This document shows positions 47,122 to 59,330 of a stretch of DNA of 64,000 bases, in pieces. The notes under the pieces are model-generated. The model was not told where the DNA came from and searched no databases. It saw only the letters and a list, made by a program, of their open reading frames with translations. A program made the position numbers and the translations under genes. The stretch is taken from positions 2,272,001 to 2,336,000 of the forward strand of contig OZ252244.1 of the NCBI GenBank assembly GCA_965249575.1, written 5' to 3'. Source of the stretch: Gemmatimonadales bacterium. Lineage in GTDB: Bacteria; Gemmatimonadota; Gemmatimonadetes; Gemmatimonadales; GWC2-71-9. The stretch's first letter is position 1. Every line of letters starts with the position of its first letter.

Positions 47122-48149
47122 ACGGCGATTGAACCTCTCTCCAGGCCTGGCAGGGGTAATGATGGGTCTGCGTCCAGGTACGAGTTGCCAGGTCGCCCCT
47201 GCTCGAGGTGGAACCATCCGGCGCGCGCAATCATCGCCGCGTTGTCCACGTTGAGGCGCGGGCTTGCGAGGGCCAAGCGCCCGCCCACCGCTCGGAGGTC
47301 GGCGGCGAGCCTGGTCGCCAGTGCTCGGTTGCACGCGACGCCTCCGCTCAGAACGACCGTCCGGTAATCGGTGAGTCGAACCGCGGACATGGCCTTGCTC
47401 GCGAGTACGTCGATTACTGCTGTCTGGAACGAGGCGGCCAGGTCGGCACGGTCGCTCTGAAGGTCGTTGGAGCGTCGCACCGCATGGAGCACCGCCGTCT
47501 TGAGGCCGCTGAAGGAGAACTCGAACCCGTCGTGGATCATCGGGCGCGGGAAGTCGAATCGATCCGACCCGCCCACAGCCAGCCGTTCGATCTCCGGCCC
47601 CCCCGGGTAGTCCAGACCCAAGAGCGTCGCAACCTTGTCGAACGCTTCACCCGCCGCGTCATCGCGGGTTTCTCCGAGCAGCCGATAGCGCCCCCACTCC
47701 GGCACGTCGAGCAACATCGTGTGACCGCCGGATACGAGTAGCGCGACGAATGGAGGCGCGAATTCAGGGTCCTCCAGCGACGGGGCAAAGATGTGGCCCT
47801 CGAGGTGGTGTACGCCGACGATCGGTTTGCCGAGTCCGGCAGCCAGAGCCTTGGCGTAGCACACTCCGACGATGAGCGCCCCGGCCAGGCCCGGTCCGGC
47901 GGTGACGGCCACGGCGTCGACCGCCGAAATGGGCACTCCGGCCTCGCGCAGCGCCAGGTCAACCACTGGATCGATGAGCCTGAGGTGCGCTCGACTGGCC
48001 AGCTCGGGCACGACCCCGCCGAACACCTTGTGCACGTCCTGCGAATTGACGATGAGGCTTGCCAGCTCCGGCGCGCCGCCGTTGGAGACCAAGACCGCGG
48101 CTGAGGTCTCGTCGCACGAGGTCTCGATACCTAGTACGACGTCAGTCAC
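47118..48149 (-). CDS. tsaD: tRNA N6-adenosine threonylcarbamoyltransferase
   Basis: GIETSCDET, HHLEGH, SGGHT, DDAAGEAFDK, DNAAMI. Confidence 0.97.
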   Translation of the reverse strand: MTDVVLGIETSCDETSAAVLVSNGGAPELASLIVNSQDVHKVFGGVVPELASRAHLRLIDPVVDLALREAGVPISAVDAVAVTAGPGLAGALIVGVCYAKALAAGLGKPIVGVHHLEGHIFAPSLEDPEFAPPFVALLVSGGHTMLLDVPEWGRYRLLGETRDDAAGEAFDKVATLLGLDYPGGPEIERLAVGGSDRFDFPRPMIHDGFEFSFSGLKTAVLHAVRRSNDLQSDRADLAASFQTAVIDVLASKAMSAVRLTDYRTVVLSGGVACNRALATRLAADLRAVGGRLALASPRLNVDNAAMIARAGWFHLEQGRPGNSYLDADPSLPLPGLERGSIAV

Positions 48150-49074
48150 TGCTTCTCCGCTGCAGCACCGCGCTGTCCGGCGTTGCCGTGCCCTCGATGC
48201 CCGGCGGTGCGATGACCTCGAGCCGCACGGTATCGGCCTCACCTTCGCTCTGCGGGAGCGCGGCTACCGCAACGCTGTCCCGCGTCATGCGAAGGAGACG
48301 GGCGGTTGGTCCCCGCACGGTCACTATGACCGCGGGCGGCTCTGGCTCCCACGCGTTCCCTTGATCGTCGCCCACCGCGACCGGGATCCCCATGAGCACC
48401 CGCTCCGAAATGGGACCTACCTCGGCCGAGATCTCGACGTCGCGTTGCGATAGGCGCACGTTCCCAAGCCCGGCGGTGTCGATCTCAACTGCTCGGTGCA
48501 CCGGACCGGAAACCCTCCTGAGCTCGATCGGCAGCGTCAAGAGCTCCCGTACTCGTGCCACCTGGGCCACCGGTCCCATCACCTCGAGGCTGCTGGGTAC
48601 GATGGCGATGCCACCGAACAGCGCAAACCCGGAGTCCGGCCGGATGCTCGCTCGAGCCACTACGGGGACGGTGCGGCGGACGACGTCGTCGAGCTGGAGG
48701 ACGATTGAACGGGGCTGGATGTCCTGAGCGGTGACGTCGGCGTTTTGGACCGGCTCGAGGTCGCCGATGGACAGGGACAGCCTGAATAGCGAATCACTCA
48801 CCGTGTCGGGTATAGCGCGCCGCACGATGGGCGGTGCCGCATAGAGCTTGATCAACTCCCGCGCCGTGCCCGAGTAGAGTGCCCGGACGGGTGGAAGGGC
48901 GCGGGTCAGCGTCCGACCCGGCGGCGGCTCAACCACGAGGTCCACCGAAACGAGCTGAGTTGTCGGTTCCTGGGCGGCCACGGCCGCCCACAAGACCGCG
49001 GCTAGTGCGAGCGCCGTGAGCTTGATTGGCCAGTTCGTAACAAGGCGTTTCCGCAGCTCTTGGATTCCGATCAT
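48142..49074 (-). CDS. CdaR/YbbR-like membrane-anchored protein
   Basis: NWPIKLTALALAAVLW anchor; YbbR repeats (PSSLEVMGP, PPAVIVTVRGP). Confidence 0.85.
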   Translation of the reverse strand: MIGIQELRKRLVTNWPIKLTALALAAVLWAAVAAQEPTTQLVSVDLVVEPPPGRTLTRALPPVRALYSGTARELIKLYAAPPIVRRAIPDTVSDSLFRLSLSIGDLEPVQNADVTAQDIQPRSIVLQLDDVVRRTVPVVARASIRPDSGFALFGGIAIVPSSLEVMGPVAQVARVRELLTLPIELRRVSGPVHRAVEIDTAGLGNVRLSQRDVEISAEVGPISERVLMGIPVAVGDDQGNAWEPEPPAVIVTVRGPTARLLRMTRDSVAVAALPQSEGEADTVRLEVIAPPGIEGTATPDSAVLQRRSSD

Positions 49075-49631
49075 CCGCCGGTACCCCCAGCTGGCTGGAT
49101 AAGGAGCCTGCGGAAGAGCGCCTTGTGGGATGGATGGTCCCACTCAATCGCGCTAATGAGCTTCTTCACGATGACCCCGTGCCGGTCGATCACGAAGCTC
49201 TCGGGTACCCCCGTCGTGTGATAGATACGCTGTATTTCCCCGCTCCGGTCGTGAAGGACGTCGAAGCTCAAGTTCCGGGCGGCCGCCCAGTCCCGAACAC
49301 CCCTCGGGTCGCCGGCGTCGATGCTCACGGCCACGATCGCTAATCCCTCCGCTCCCAACTCGTCGTAGAGACGCTGCATCGAGGGCATCTCGGCCTCGCA
49401 CGGAGCGCACCACGTGGCCCAAACGTTCAGGAGCGTGACTCGCCCGCGGTACCGGTCGAGGCTTGCGGAGTCTCCAGTTGCCAAATCGAGCGCCCGGAAA
49501 TTGGGCGCCTCGCTTCCGACCGCTACCTCGGAGAAATCGGGGGACAGCAATACGCCCGCGGCAAGGAGCGCACCGAGCCCTCCGAGCACGGCGCCAACGA
49601 CGTACCACTGCCCTTTCGACGACACGCTCAC
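49071..49631 (-). CDS. TlpA/ResA-like thiol-disulfide oxidoreductase
   Basis: N-terminal TM, WATWCAPC, GVPE. Confidence 0.93.
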   Translation of the reverse strand: MSVSSKGQWYVVGAVLGGLGALLAAGVLLSPDFSEVAVGSEAPNFRALDLATGDSASLDRYRGRVTLLNVWATWCAPCEAEMPSMQRLYDELGAEGLAIVAVSIDAGDPRGVRDWAAARNLSFDVLHDRSGEIQRIYHTTGVPESFVIDRHGVIVKKLISAIEWDHPSHKALFRRLLIQPAGGTGG

Positions 49632-50299
49632 ACGCGCTCGCAGCAAAGTGTTCGCAGCTCTCGGACTGCGTTGGCGGGATCAGCCACGCCGAACACGGCA
49701 GAGCCGGCGACGAACGTGTCGGCGCCCGCGCCGTGTGCGGCCACGATGGTTTTCGGGGTGATTCCACCATCGGCCTCCAGCCGCGCCGCGCAGCCGTGTG
49801 CGTCCAGCAGCGCCCGCGCGCGGGCAATCTTACCCGTGCAGGCCGGCAGGTACGTCTGGCCGCCGAATCCCGGGTTGACGGTCATGATGAGGAGGAGATC
49901 AATGTCACTCAGTACCTCTTCGGCATGCTGGAGGGGAGTGGCTGGATTCAACGCGAGGCCCGCGCGGATTCCCCGCTCACGGACGTCAGCCAGGAGGCGC
50001 TGAGTGTGGATCGTCGCTTCCGGATGAAACGTGAAGACTGAAGCGCCGGCCTCAGCAAACGGCACCAGGTATTGCTCGGGCTCGATCACCATGAGGTGAA
50101 CGTCCAGCGGCAGTTCGGTGAGGCGCTTGAGGGCGGAGATCGTTTTGGCGCCGAACGTGAGATTCGGCACGAATCGGCCGTCCATCACGTCGATGTGGAT
50201 CCAGTCGGCGCCACCCTCTTCCACAGCCGCTACCTGCTCCGCCAGGCGCAGGAGATCCGCGCTGAGTACGCTCGGCGCAAGGCGAACATTCTCGCTCAT
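49628..50299 (-). CDS. rpe: Ribulose-phosphate 3-epimerase
   Basis: HIDVMDG, DVHLM, MTVNPGFGGQ, ADGG. Confidence 0.97.
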   Translation of the reverse strand: MSENVRLAPSVLSADLLRLAEQVAAVEEGGADWIHIDVMDGRFVPNLTFGAKTISALKRLTELPLDVHLMVIEPEQYLVPFAEAGASVFTFHPEATIHTQRLLADVRERGIRAGLALNPATPLQHAEEVLSDIDLLLIMTVNPGFGGQTYLPACTGKIARARALLDAHGCAARLEADGGITPKTIVAAHGAGADTFVAGSAVFGVADPANAVRELRTLCCERV

Positions 50300-50982
50300 C
50301 TCGGCTGCCTTGCCAAGATCACGTCGATGGCAGTGCCCGGAGCACTCAACGTTCCTCCTCGTGGCCGCTGTTCGATTACCGAGCCCACGTCGTGTACGCT
50401 CGACGCCCGGGCGAAGTACGTACCGAGCACAAGTCCTGCATGTTCCAAGCTGTCCCGGGCCTCATCGAGCGTTAACCCGAGGAGATTGGGCACGCTGATC
50501 GTTGGCGCGCCGACGCTGACGACCAGCGTGATGGGTGTTCCGGGCAGCATTGTGGCTCCCGCCGGCGGCCGAGTATTGACCGCAACCCCTCGGGGGGCCG
50601 ACGTCTGAGCCGATGCCACCGAGCCCAGCTCGAGTCCGGCGGATTCGATGAGGGTCCGCGCCAGGTCGGCCGTATATCCCGCCACATCAGGGACCGGCAC
50701 GCGCTGAGGGCCCTCACTGACCGAAAGATCGACGGTAGCCCCCTCGGTGACCACCACTCCCTGCGGTGGATCCTGCCAGACCACGGTACCCCTCGCAGCA
50801 GTCGGATGAGAGATCCGCTCGGTTTCCCGTCCTCGTAGCGCCACCTGCTCCAGCGTTTGTTCCGCTTCCGACACCGGCAAATCGAGCACGCGAGGCACGA
50901 TCTTTGTCGATGCGAAGAGCGGCGCGCGAAAGAGCACGAGTGCGGCGATGAGATAACCAGACAGCAACGCCCCAGCGAACAC
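50296..50982 (-). CDS. PASTA-domain protein (three PASTA repeats); N-terminus may be frameshifted from ATG 51092
   Basis: TM followed by VPRV, VPDV and VPNL repeats, each ending in a Q.P..G-like segment. Confidence 0.88.
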   Translation of the reverse strand: MFAGALLSGYLIAALVLFRAPLFASTKIVPRVLDLPVSEAEQTLEQVALRGRETERISHPTAARGTVVWQDPPQGVVVTEGATVDLSVSEGPQRVPVPDVAGYTADLARTLIESAGLELGSVASAQTSAPRGVAVNTRPPAGATMLPGTPITLVVSVGAPTISVPNLLGLTLDEARDSLEHAGLVLGTYFARASSVHDVGSVIEQRPRGGTLSAPGTAIDVILARQPR

Positions 50983-51104
50983 GCTCGCACCGATCGCTGC
51001 CCACCGCCAGCTCGAAATCGCCGTAAGCCGCTCACCACCCCGATGGGCCGCTCTCTGGAACCAACGCTTCCAGTCGATCCCCTGCGGGACATGGCGCCGG
51101 AACT

Positions 51105-52358
51105 TCAGGACACTCGCCTCAAGCGCGCCGCGAATGCACCGTCCGTTTCCGAAACGGGAGGGAACAAGAAGAAATCGGCCTCTATCCGCTCGAACTCGGG
51201 GTGCCGGTCGAGAAAACGATCGATCTGTATGGCGTTCTCCTCCGGCTCAATGCTGCACGTAGCGTAGACGAGTACGCCGCCGACCGCCAGCGACGGGGCT
51301 GCACCGTCCAGCAGCCGTTCCTGAAGGCTCGCCAACGACGCGATCCGCCGCGACGCCAGCCGCCACCGCGCGTCGGGGTGTCGTGCGAGCACTCCGGTGG
51401 CGGTGCAGGGCGCGTCGAGAAGTGCCCAACTGAGTGCCCCCGCACGGATCGGGGGCTGACGGGCGTCCGCAAGGAAGAGTCGTACCTCCGGCGCTGCGCG
51501 GCCGACGGTATCCCGCAACCGGGCGAGGCGTGCCCGGCTCCGGTCGGAGGCCACCACCGGTCCACGGCGGGAGAGCAGCGCGGCCTTGCCGCCCGGCGCG
51601 GCGCAGGCGTCCCACACGAGCTGGCCCTCCGGGAACTTTGCATAACGGAGAGTCAACGCCTGCGCGGGATCTTGGACCACGAATCCGCCCTCCCGATAGC
51701 CAGGCAACTCGGCGATCTTGATCCCCCCGCCAGACACGACAAGGCCGGCGCCCTGGGTTGCGTCGTGAGTTGCAAACCCCGCCCCACGTACCGCGCCGCG
51801 CAATTCGTCCAGGGACCATCCGGTCGGCTGCAGCACCAGGGGCGGCTGACGGTTGTTATGCTCGAGGAGTGCCCGTGTCGCGTCCGCACCGTGTTGCTCG
51901 AGCCACCGGGCTACCAACCATTCTGGGTGAGAGTAGCGGAGGGACATGTCGGGAGCCGTGGCACCGGTGGGTGCCTCCGCCGTCCCAATGCGAGTCAGGC
52001 TGCGCAGCACCGCATTGATCAGGCGCGCGCTCCCCGGACGTCCAAGTCCCTTCGCGACCTCCACCGTCGATTGAACGGCGGCGTAGGGAGGGACCCTGGA
52101 GAGGCCCTTCAGCTGGTAGGCACCAAGCCGCAACAGGTCGCGTACGTCGGGGGAGAGGCGCCGCCAGCGGATGGAGACCAAGGGACGGATTTGGCGATCC
52201 AGGTCGCGTCTGCTCCGGAGCACACCTGAGGCGATCTCGTGGGCGAGCCGACGGTCCGCCGGGCTCAACTGGTGGAGGGGTCGAGCGAGTGCTCTGTCGA
52301 AGGAATCACCCGTGCGCACGGCCCGCAGGATGTCGAGGGCGGCCCCGCGCGCGGCCAC
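51105..52358 (-). CDS. rsmB: 16S rRNA m5C967 methyltransferase
   Basis: NusB-like N-terminus, SHPEW, DACAAPGGK, DAPCT, YATCS. Confidence 0.93.
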   Translation of the reverse strand: MAARGAALDILRAVRTGDSFDRALARPLHQLSPADRRLAHEIASGVLRSRRDLDRQIRPLVSIRWRRLSPDVRDLLRLGAYQLKGLSRVPPYAAVQSTVEVAKGLGRPGSARLINAVLRSLTRIGTAEAPTGATAPDMSLRYSHPEWLVARWLEQHGADATRALLEHNNRQPPLVLQPTGWSLDELRGAVRGAGFATHDATQGAGLVVSGGGIKIAELPGYREGGFVVQDPAQALTLRYAKFPEGQLVWDACAAPGGKAALLSRRGPVVASDRSRARLARLRDTVGRAAPEVRLFLADARQPPIRAGALSWALLDAPCTATGVLARHPDARWRLASRRIASLASLQERLLDGAAPSLAVGGVLVYATCSIEPEENAIQIDRFLDRHPEFERIEADFFLFPPVSETDGAFAARLRRVS

Positions 52359-52372
52359 CCCGCTCTGCGCTT

Positions 52373-53170
52373 TCAGCCGAGCATCCCGTCGGTTGGGCTC
52401 GAGGGCACGGCAACCTCGCGGCGCGGCATTCGGCCGGCGAGGTAGGCAAGACGCCCAGCCTCGACGGCGAGTCCCATGGCCCTTCCCATGGCTGGAGGGT
52501 CAGCGGCCTCGGCAATGGCGGTATTCATCAGAATGCCGTCGACACCCTGTTCCATGGTCGTGCACGCGTCCGATGCAGTTCCAACGCCTGCATCCACGAT
52601 CACCGGTACGCCGACTCTGCTCTTGATGGTGCGAATCCCGTAGGGGTTGATGAGTCCGAGGCCGGAACCGATTGGTGACGCCAGCGGCATGATGGCCGCG
52701 CAGCCCGCATCCTCGAGCCGCAGCGCGGTGATGAGGTCGTCGTTCGTGTAGGCCAAGACCTGGAAACCCTCACCGACCAGGACGCGCGCGGCCTCAAGGA
52801 GACCGTTCGTATCGGGTAGCAGGGTCTCCTGATCGCCGATGACCTCGAGTTTAACGAAGTCGTTGAACCCGGCCTCACGCCCGAGGCGCGCGTACCGGAT
52901 CGCGTCTTCGGCGGTGAAGCATCCCGCCGTATTGGCGAGAAGGAAAATGCGCTCCGGATCGAGGTGGTGAAGGATGCCCGCCTCGTTCGTGCGGTCGAGA
53001 TCGACGCGCCTGACGGCAACCGTCACGATCTCCGCCCCGGAGGCCTCGATCGATCGCACCATGGCACTGTTGTCGCGATACTTGCCCGTGCCCACCATGA
53101 GGCGGGAACGAAACGTCACCCCACCGATCTGGAGGGGGCTATCTGCGGGTGCCCCGATGATACTGGTCAT
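52373..53170 (-). CDS. thiG: Thiazole synthase
   Basis: GTGKY, NTAGC, KLEVIGD, PIGSGLG, VDAGVG. Confidence 0.97.
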   Translation of the reverse strand: MTSIIGAPADSPLQIGGVTFRSRLMVGTGKYRDNSAMVRSIEASGAEIVTVAVRRVDLDRTNEAGILHHLDPERIFLLANTAGCFTAEDAIRYARLGREAGFNDFVKLEVIGDQETLLPDTNGLLEAARVLVGEGFQVLAYTNDDLITALRLEDAGCAAIMPLASPIGSGLGLINPYGIRTIKSRVGVPVIVDAGVGTASDACTTMEQGVDGILMNTAIAEAADPPAMGRAMGLAVEAGRLAYLAGRMPRREVAVPSSPTDGMLG

Positions 53171-53189
53171 TGCACGTCCTCGGCCCCCC

Positions 53190-53402
53190 TCAACCGCCCC
53201 CAACGAAATGGACGAGCTCCACCTTGTCGCCGTCGCGTAGGTCCGTCTGACCGAGCTCCGGGCGGCGCACGATGGTTCTGTTCAGCTCAACCACGACGGC
53301 CCGAGGGTCGAGATCCAGCCCTTCGAGCAAGTTGAGGAGCGTTGTTGCCTGCTCGAGACGACGGGACTCGCCGTTGAGTTCGATCGAAATCGCTTCTCCC
53401 AT
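53190..53402 (-). CDS. thiS: Sulfur carrier protein
   Basis: 70 aa ubiquitin-like, ends FVGGG. Confidence 0.95.
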   Translation of the reverse strand: MGEAISIELNGESRRLEQATTLLNLLEGLDLDPRAVVVELNRTIVRRPELGQTDLRDGDKVELVHFVGGG

Positions 53403-53472
53403 CGCTTCGTTCTCATGAACGATGTTGACAATGCCCTCCAGCGTGAGCGACCCGTGTCGGGCAGCGTGATAT

Positions 53473-54084
53473 TCATTCTAATAATAGTAGGATGTCCTCG
53501 GCCGCCCTACCCGGATCGGAGGCTTGCCAGAGTGCCGAAACGACCGCAACCCCGTAGGCGCCAGCCGCCAGGCATGTATAGGCCCGTTCGGCGGTCACGC
53601 CTCCGATCGCGATAACGGGGCCAGCGCCGACGGCCGCTATTGCATCTGGTCCTAGAGTGCGGGCTCCTGGATGAGACGCTGTTGGCCATATCGGTCCGAG
53701 AAAGACGTAGTCGGCTCCGGCGGCAAGCGCCTCGCGAGCCCGGTCGGGATCGTGGGTCGAACGTCCGAGGCTCACGCCGAGCCCAACGAGGCCGCGAACC
53801 TCGGCGACGGGCAAGCCGCCGGCTGGAAGATGGACCCCTGCGGCGCTTGCCGCGCGCGCCACGTCAACCCGATCGTTCACGAACAACGTGCTGCCTGAAT
53901 GGGCCACGGCGGCGCCTATCGACTGCGCGATTTCGAGCAACTCCCGGCCCTCCCGGCCTGGCGCTCGAGCGTGGAGTGCGACGGAGCCCGACTGCGCGAT
54001 CGCGGCGGCGCGCGTCGTGAAGTCATGCAGCTCAACGACACGATCGTCGGTAACCGCGTGGAGTTTCGGGAGCCGAGGGGTCAC
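53473..54084 (-). CDS. thiE: Thiamine phosphate synthase/TenI family protein
   Basis: VNDR, GVHL, GRSTH, ADYVFLGP, AIGGV; GTGA overlap with fmt. Confidence 0.82.
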   Translation of the reverse strand: MTPRLPKLHAVTDDRVVELHDFTTRAAAIAQSGSVALHARAPGREGRELLEIAQSIGAAVAHSGSTLFVNDRVDVARAASAAGVHLPAGGLPVAEVRGLVGLGVSLGRSTHDPDRAREALAAGADYVFLGPIWPTASHPGARTLGPDAIAAVGAGPVIAIGGVTAERAYTCLAAGAYGVAVVSALWQASDPGRAAEDILLLLE

Positions 54085-55013
54085 TCGAGCCGGTCGCCGA
54101 CCTGAACACCACGGCCGCGAACCCATTCCGTGGTTGGCATCCGGATGCGGCCGGCCGGCTGGACGTCGACGAAGGTCAGTGCGTTTCCCTTCGTGCTGAC
54201 CACGAGCATCGGGTCGACCTCGAGGACCGTTCCCGATTCGCGACTTTCGAGCGAGTGGTCGGCCGCTCGGGGGCCGAAGAGCTTGAGTTCTCGTCCTCCG
54301 ATGGTCGTCCAGGCTCCCGGCTTGGGGTCGAGCGCACGAACTAGGCGCGCGACGTGGTCGGGTCCGGTGGCCCAGTCGATTCGCGCGACCTCGCGCGTGA
54401 TCTTGGGTGCATACGTCGCGAGTGAATGATCTTGCGGTTCCGGATCGGGCGATTCCGTCGCCAGCACGGAGAGCGCTTCCACCAGGGCGAGCGCACCGAG
54501 CTCAGCCAGCCTAGCGGTGAGTTCTCCTCCGGTCTCATCAGCCGGTATCCGGGTGGGAACCCGATGGTAGACCGGTCCCGTGTCCATGCCTTCGTCCATC
54601 TGCATGATGGAAATGCCGGTCTCTTGGTATCCATCGAGCAGAGCATGCTCGATGGGCGCCGCGCCCCGGAGTGCCGGTAGGAGCGAGGCGTGGACGTTGA
54701 TCATGCCGCGGGACGGGAGCGTCAGGAGGGGCTGCTTGAGAATGTGTCCGTAGGCCACGACCACGCCGAGGTCGGGATTCGAATCCGCGACCGCGTCGAG
54801 AAAATCCCTCGTGTTTGGCTTAACCGGTTGGAGAATGCGGAGGCCCTCGTCCAGCGCGACGGCCTTCACCGGCGGCGGAAACAGGACCGAGCGAGATCGC
54901 CCCCGGGGCCGGTCCGGCTGGGTGATGACGGCGGCCACGTCGAAACCCTCTTCCAGCAGGGCTCGGAGTGAGGGAACCGCAAACTCGGGCGTGCCGAAGA
55001 ACACGATGCGCAA
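54081..55013 (-). CDS. fmt: Methionyl-tRNA formyltransferase
   Basis: GTPEFA, NVHASLLP..RGAAP, MDTG. Confidence 0.97.
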   Translation of the reverse strand: MRIVFFGTPEFAVPSLRALLEEGFDVAAVITQPDRPRGRSRSVLFPPPVKAVALDEGLRILQPVKPNTRDFLDAVADSNPDLGVVVAYGHILKQPLLTLPSRGMINVHASLLPALRGAAPIEHALLDGYQETGISIMQMDEGMDTGPVYHRVPTRIPADETGGELTARLAELGALALVEALSVLATESPDPEPQDHSLATYAPKITREVARIDWATGPDHVARLVRALDPKPGAWTTIGGRELKLFGPRAADHSLESRESGTVLEVDPMLVVSTKGNALTFVDVQPAGRIRMPTTEWVRGRGVQVGDRLE

Positions 55014-55016
55014 GGA

Positions 55017-55549
55017 TCAGTCCTTGGCCGAGACCTCTGGGACCTCCCTCACGTAACCGCGCTCGCCTTTTCGCTGCTTCTCCCACTTCCGGAGGAGCAG
55101 GCGGCGTTTGAGCATGCTTAGGTGGTCGAGGAACAGGATTCCGTCGAGGTGGTCGATCTCGTGTTGTACAGCCCGCGCTCTGAGGTCCGTGGCGTCGACC
55201 CGCTCGCGGGAACCCTCTAGCGTCGTGGTCTCCACGACGATACGCTGCGCCCGCTCTACGTCCCCGTAGATGTCAGGAATCGACAAGCAGCCTTCTTCCG
55301 CGACGTCCAGTCCTTCACGCTCCAGGATAACGGGGTCGATCAGGAGGATGGGGGGATCCTCGCCGGCCTCTACCACCGCTACGCGCCGTGTGAACCCAAC
55401 CTGGTTCGCGGCGAGACCGATGCCCTTCGCGGCGCGCATGGTCTCGAAGAGATTCTCGACCAGTTGCTGAAGTTCCTCGTCGATCTGCCCGACCTCCGTC
55501 GCCCGCTGGCGGAGGACGGGTGAGCCCAGGACGTGAATGGGAAGGACCG

Positions 55550-55553
<4 letters not shown>
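55017..55553 (-). CDS. def: Peptide deformylase
   Basis: GIGLAANQ, EGCLS, QHEIDH. Confidence 0.97.
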
Positions 55554-58139
<2,586 letters not shown>

Positions 58140-58140
58140 G

Positions 58141-59169
58141 TCACCGATCGAAGATGGACCCCTGACGACCCGGCGGCGAGACGAAGCCAAGATGCCTGTA
58201 CGCCGCCGGCGTCGCGGTCCGACCCCGTGGCGTTCGCTGGAGAAAGCCCTGCTGGATCAGGAACGGCTCGTATACCTCCTCGAGCGTCCCGGCATCTTCA
58301 CCCACAGCCACGGCCACTGTGTTCACTCCAACGGGCCCGCCGTCGAATTTCTCGATGATCGTCCGGAGCACGCGGGTGTCCATGTCATCGAGGCCGTACT
58401 CGTCAACGTCGAGTCGTGCCAAGGCGTCTTGGGCGACCTGGCGGGTGATGACGCCGTCCGCCCGCACCTGCGCGTAGTCGCGCACACGGCGTAGCAGGCG
58501 ATTAGCGACGCGAGGCGTGCCACGGCTACGCTGCGCGATCTCGGTGGCGCCTTCGGGTTCGATCTCGACGTCCAGGATCTTCGCCGAGCGGGTCACGATT
58601 CGGTGGAGGTCCTCGGCCGGATAGTATCCCAGGCGTTCGATCAACCCGAATCTGGCTCGCATGGGCGGCGTGAGCATGCCGTAACGGGTCGATGCCCCCA
58701 CGAGCGTGAACGGCTCCACTTTGACCGGGATCGTCTGAGCCTGGGGTCCCTCGGCGATCCGGATATCGACCCGGTAATCTTCCATTGCCGGGTAGAGAAA
58801 CTCCTCCAGTGCGGGGCGGAGCCGGTGGATCTCGTCGATGAAGAGTATGTCCTTGGACTGCAGGTTGGTGAGCAGCCCGACGAGATCCCCCGGTCTCTCG
58901 ATGACGGGGCCACTCGTCGTCCGGATGTTGACGCCCATCTCTTTCGCGAGGAGGATGGCAAGGGTGGTCTTCCCGAGCCCCGGCGGGCCGAAGAACAGCG
59001 CGTGATCCAGCGGCTCATCTCGTTGTTTCGCCGCGTCGATCGCGATCTGGAGGCTTTGGCGGACCTTCTCCTGTCCCACGAATTCGTCGAGGCGCGAGGG
59101 GCGTAGCGACGCTTCCGCGGAGGTCTCTTCGGCGAGCACTCCGGGCGTCGTGACCTCCGGCCGGCTCAC
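58141..59169 (-). CDS. ruvB: Holliday junction branch migration helicase RuvB
   Basis: [29 protein letters not shown]. Confidence 0.98.
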   Translation of the reverse strand: MSRPEVTTPGVLAEETSAEASLRPSRLDEFVGQEKVRQSLQIAIDAAKQRDEPLDHALFFGPPGLGKTTLAILLAKEMGVNIRTTSGPVIERPGDLVGLLTNLQSKDILFIDEIHRLRPALEEFLYPAMEDYRVDIRIAEGPQAQTIPVKVEPFTLVGASTRYGMLTPPMRARFGLIERLGYYPAEDLHRIVTRSAKILDVEIEPEGATEIAQRSRGTPRVANRLLRRVRDYAQVRADGVITRQVAQDALARLDVDEYGLDDMDTRVLRTIIEKFDGGPVGVNTVAVAVGEDAGTLEEVYEPFLIQQGFLQRTPRGRTATPAAYRHLGFVSPPGRQGSIFDR

Positions 59170-59330
59170 GGTGTCAACCTCGAGCTCCAACGCACTGGAC
59201 GCTTACTTTGGTCGATTGTGTGCTCGCGGTGGCAAGTGACGCAGCGGTCTCGAGCTTGCGTGATGTCCGGCCTCACGAGCTTGCGGTTGGTGGCCCCACA
59301 CGCCGTGCATTCCCATTCGGCCGTTTTCAT
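59166..59330 (-). CDS. 54-aa zinc-finger microprotein between ruvA and ruvB (below the ORF-track cutoff)
   Basis: [58 protein letters not shown] overlap with the ruvA stop and GTGA overlap with the ruvB start. Confidence 0.85.
   Translation of the reverse strand: MKTAEWECTACGATNRKLVRPDITQARDRCVTCHREHTIDQSKRPVRWSSRLTP

Noticed and set aside
53403..53472. TPP riboswitch or small ORF between thiE and thiS
   Set aside because: No TPP consensus (CUGAGA, ACCUG) and too short; ORF 53282..53476 overlaps thiS out of frame and is not protein-like.
59223..59243. CVTCH as a heme-c attachment motif in the ruv microprotein
   Set aside because: No signal peptide, and it pairs with an upstream CxxC, so zinc binding is more plausible.
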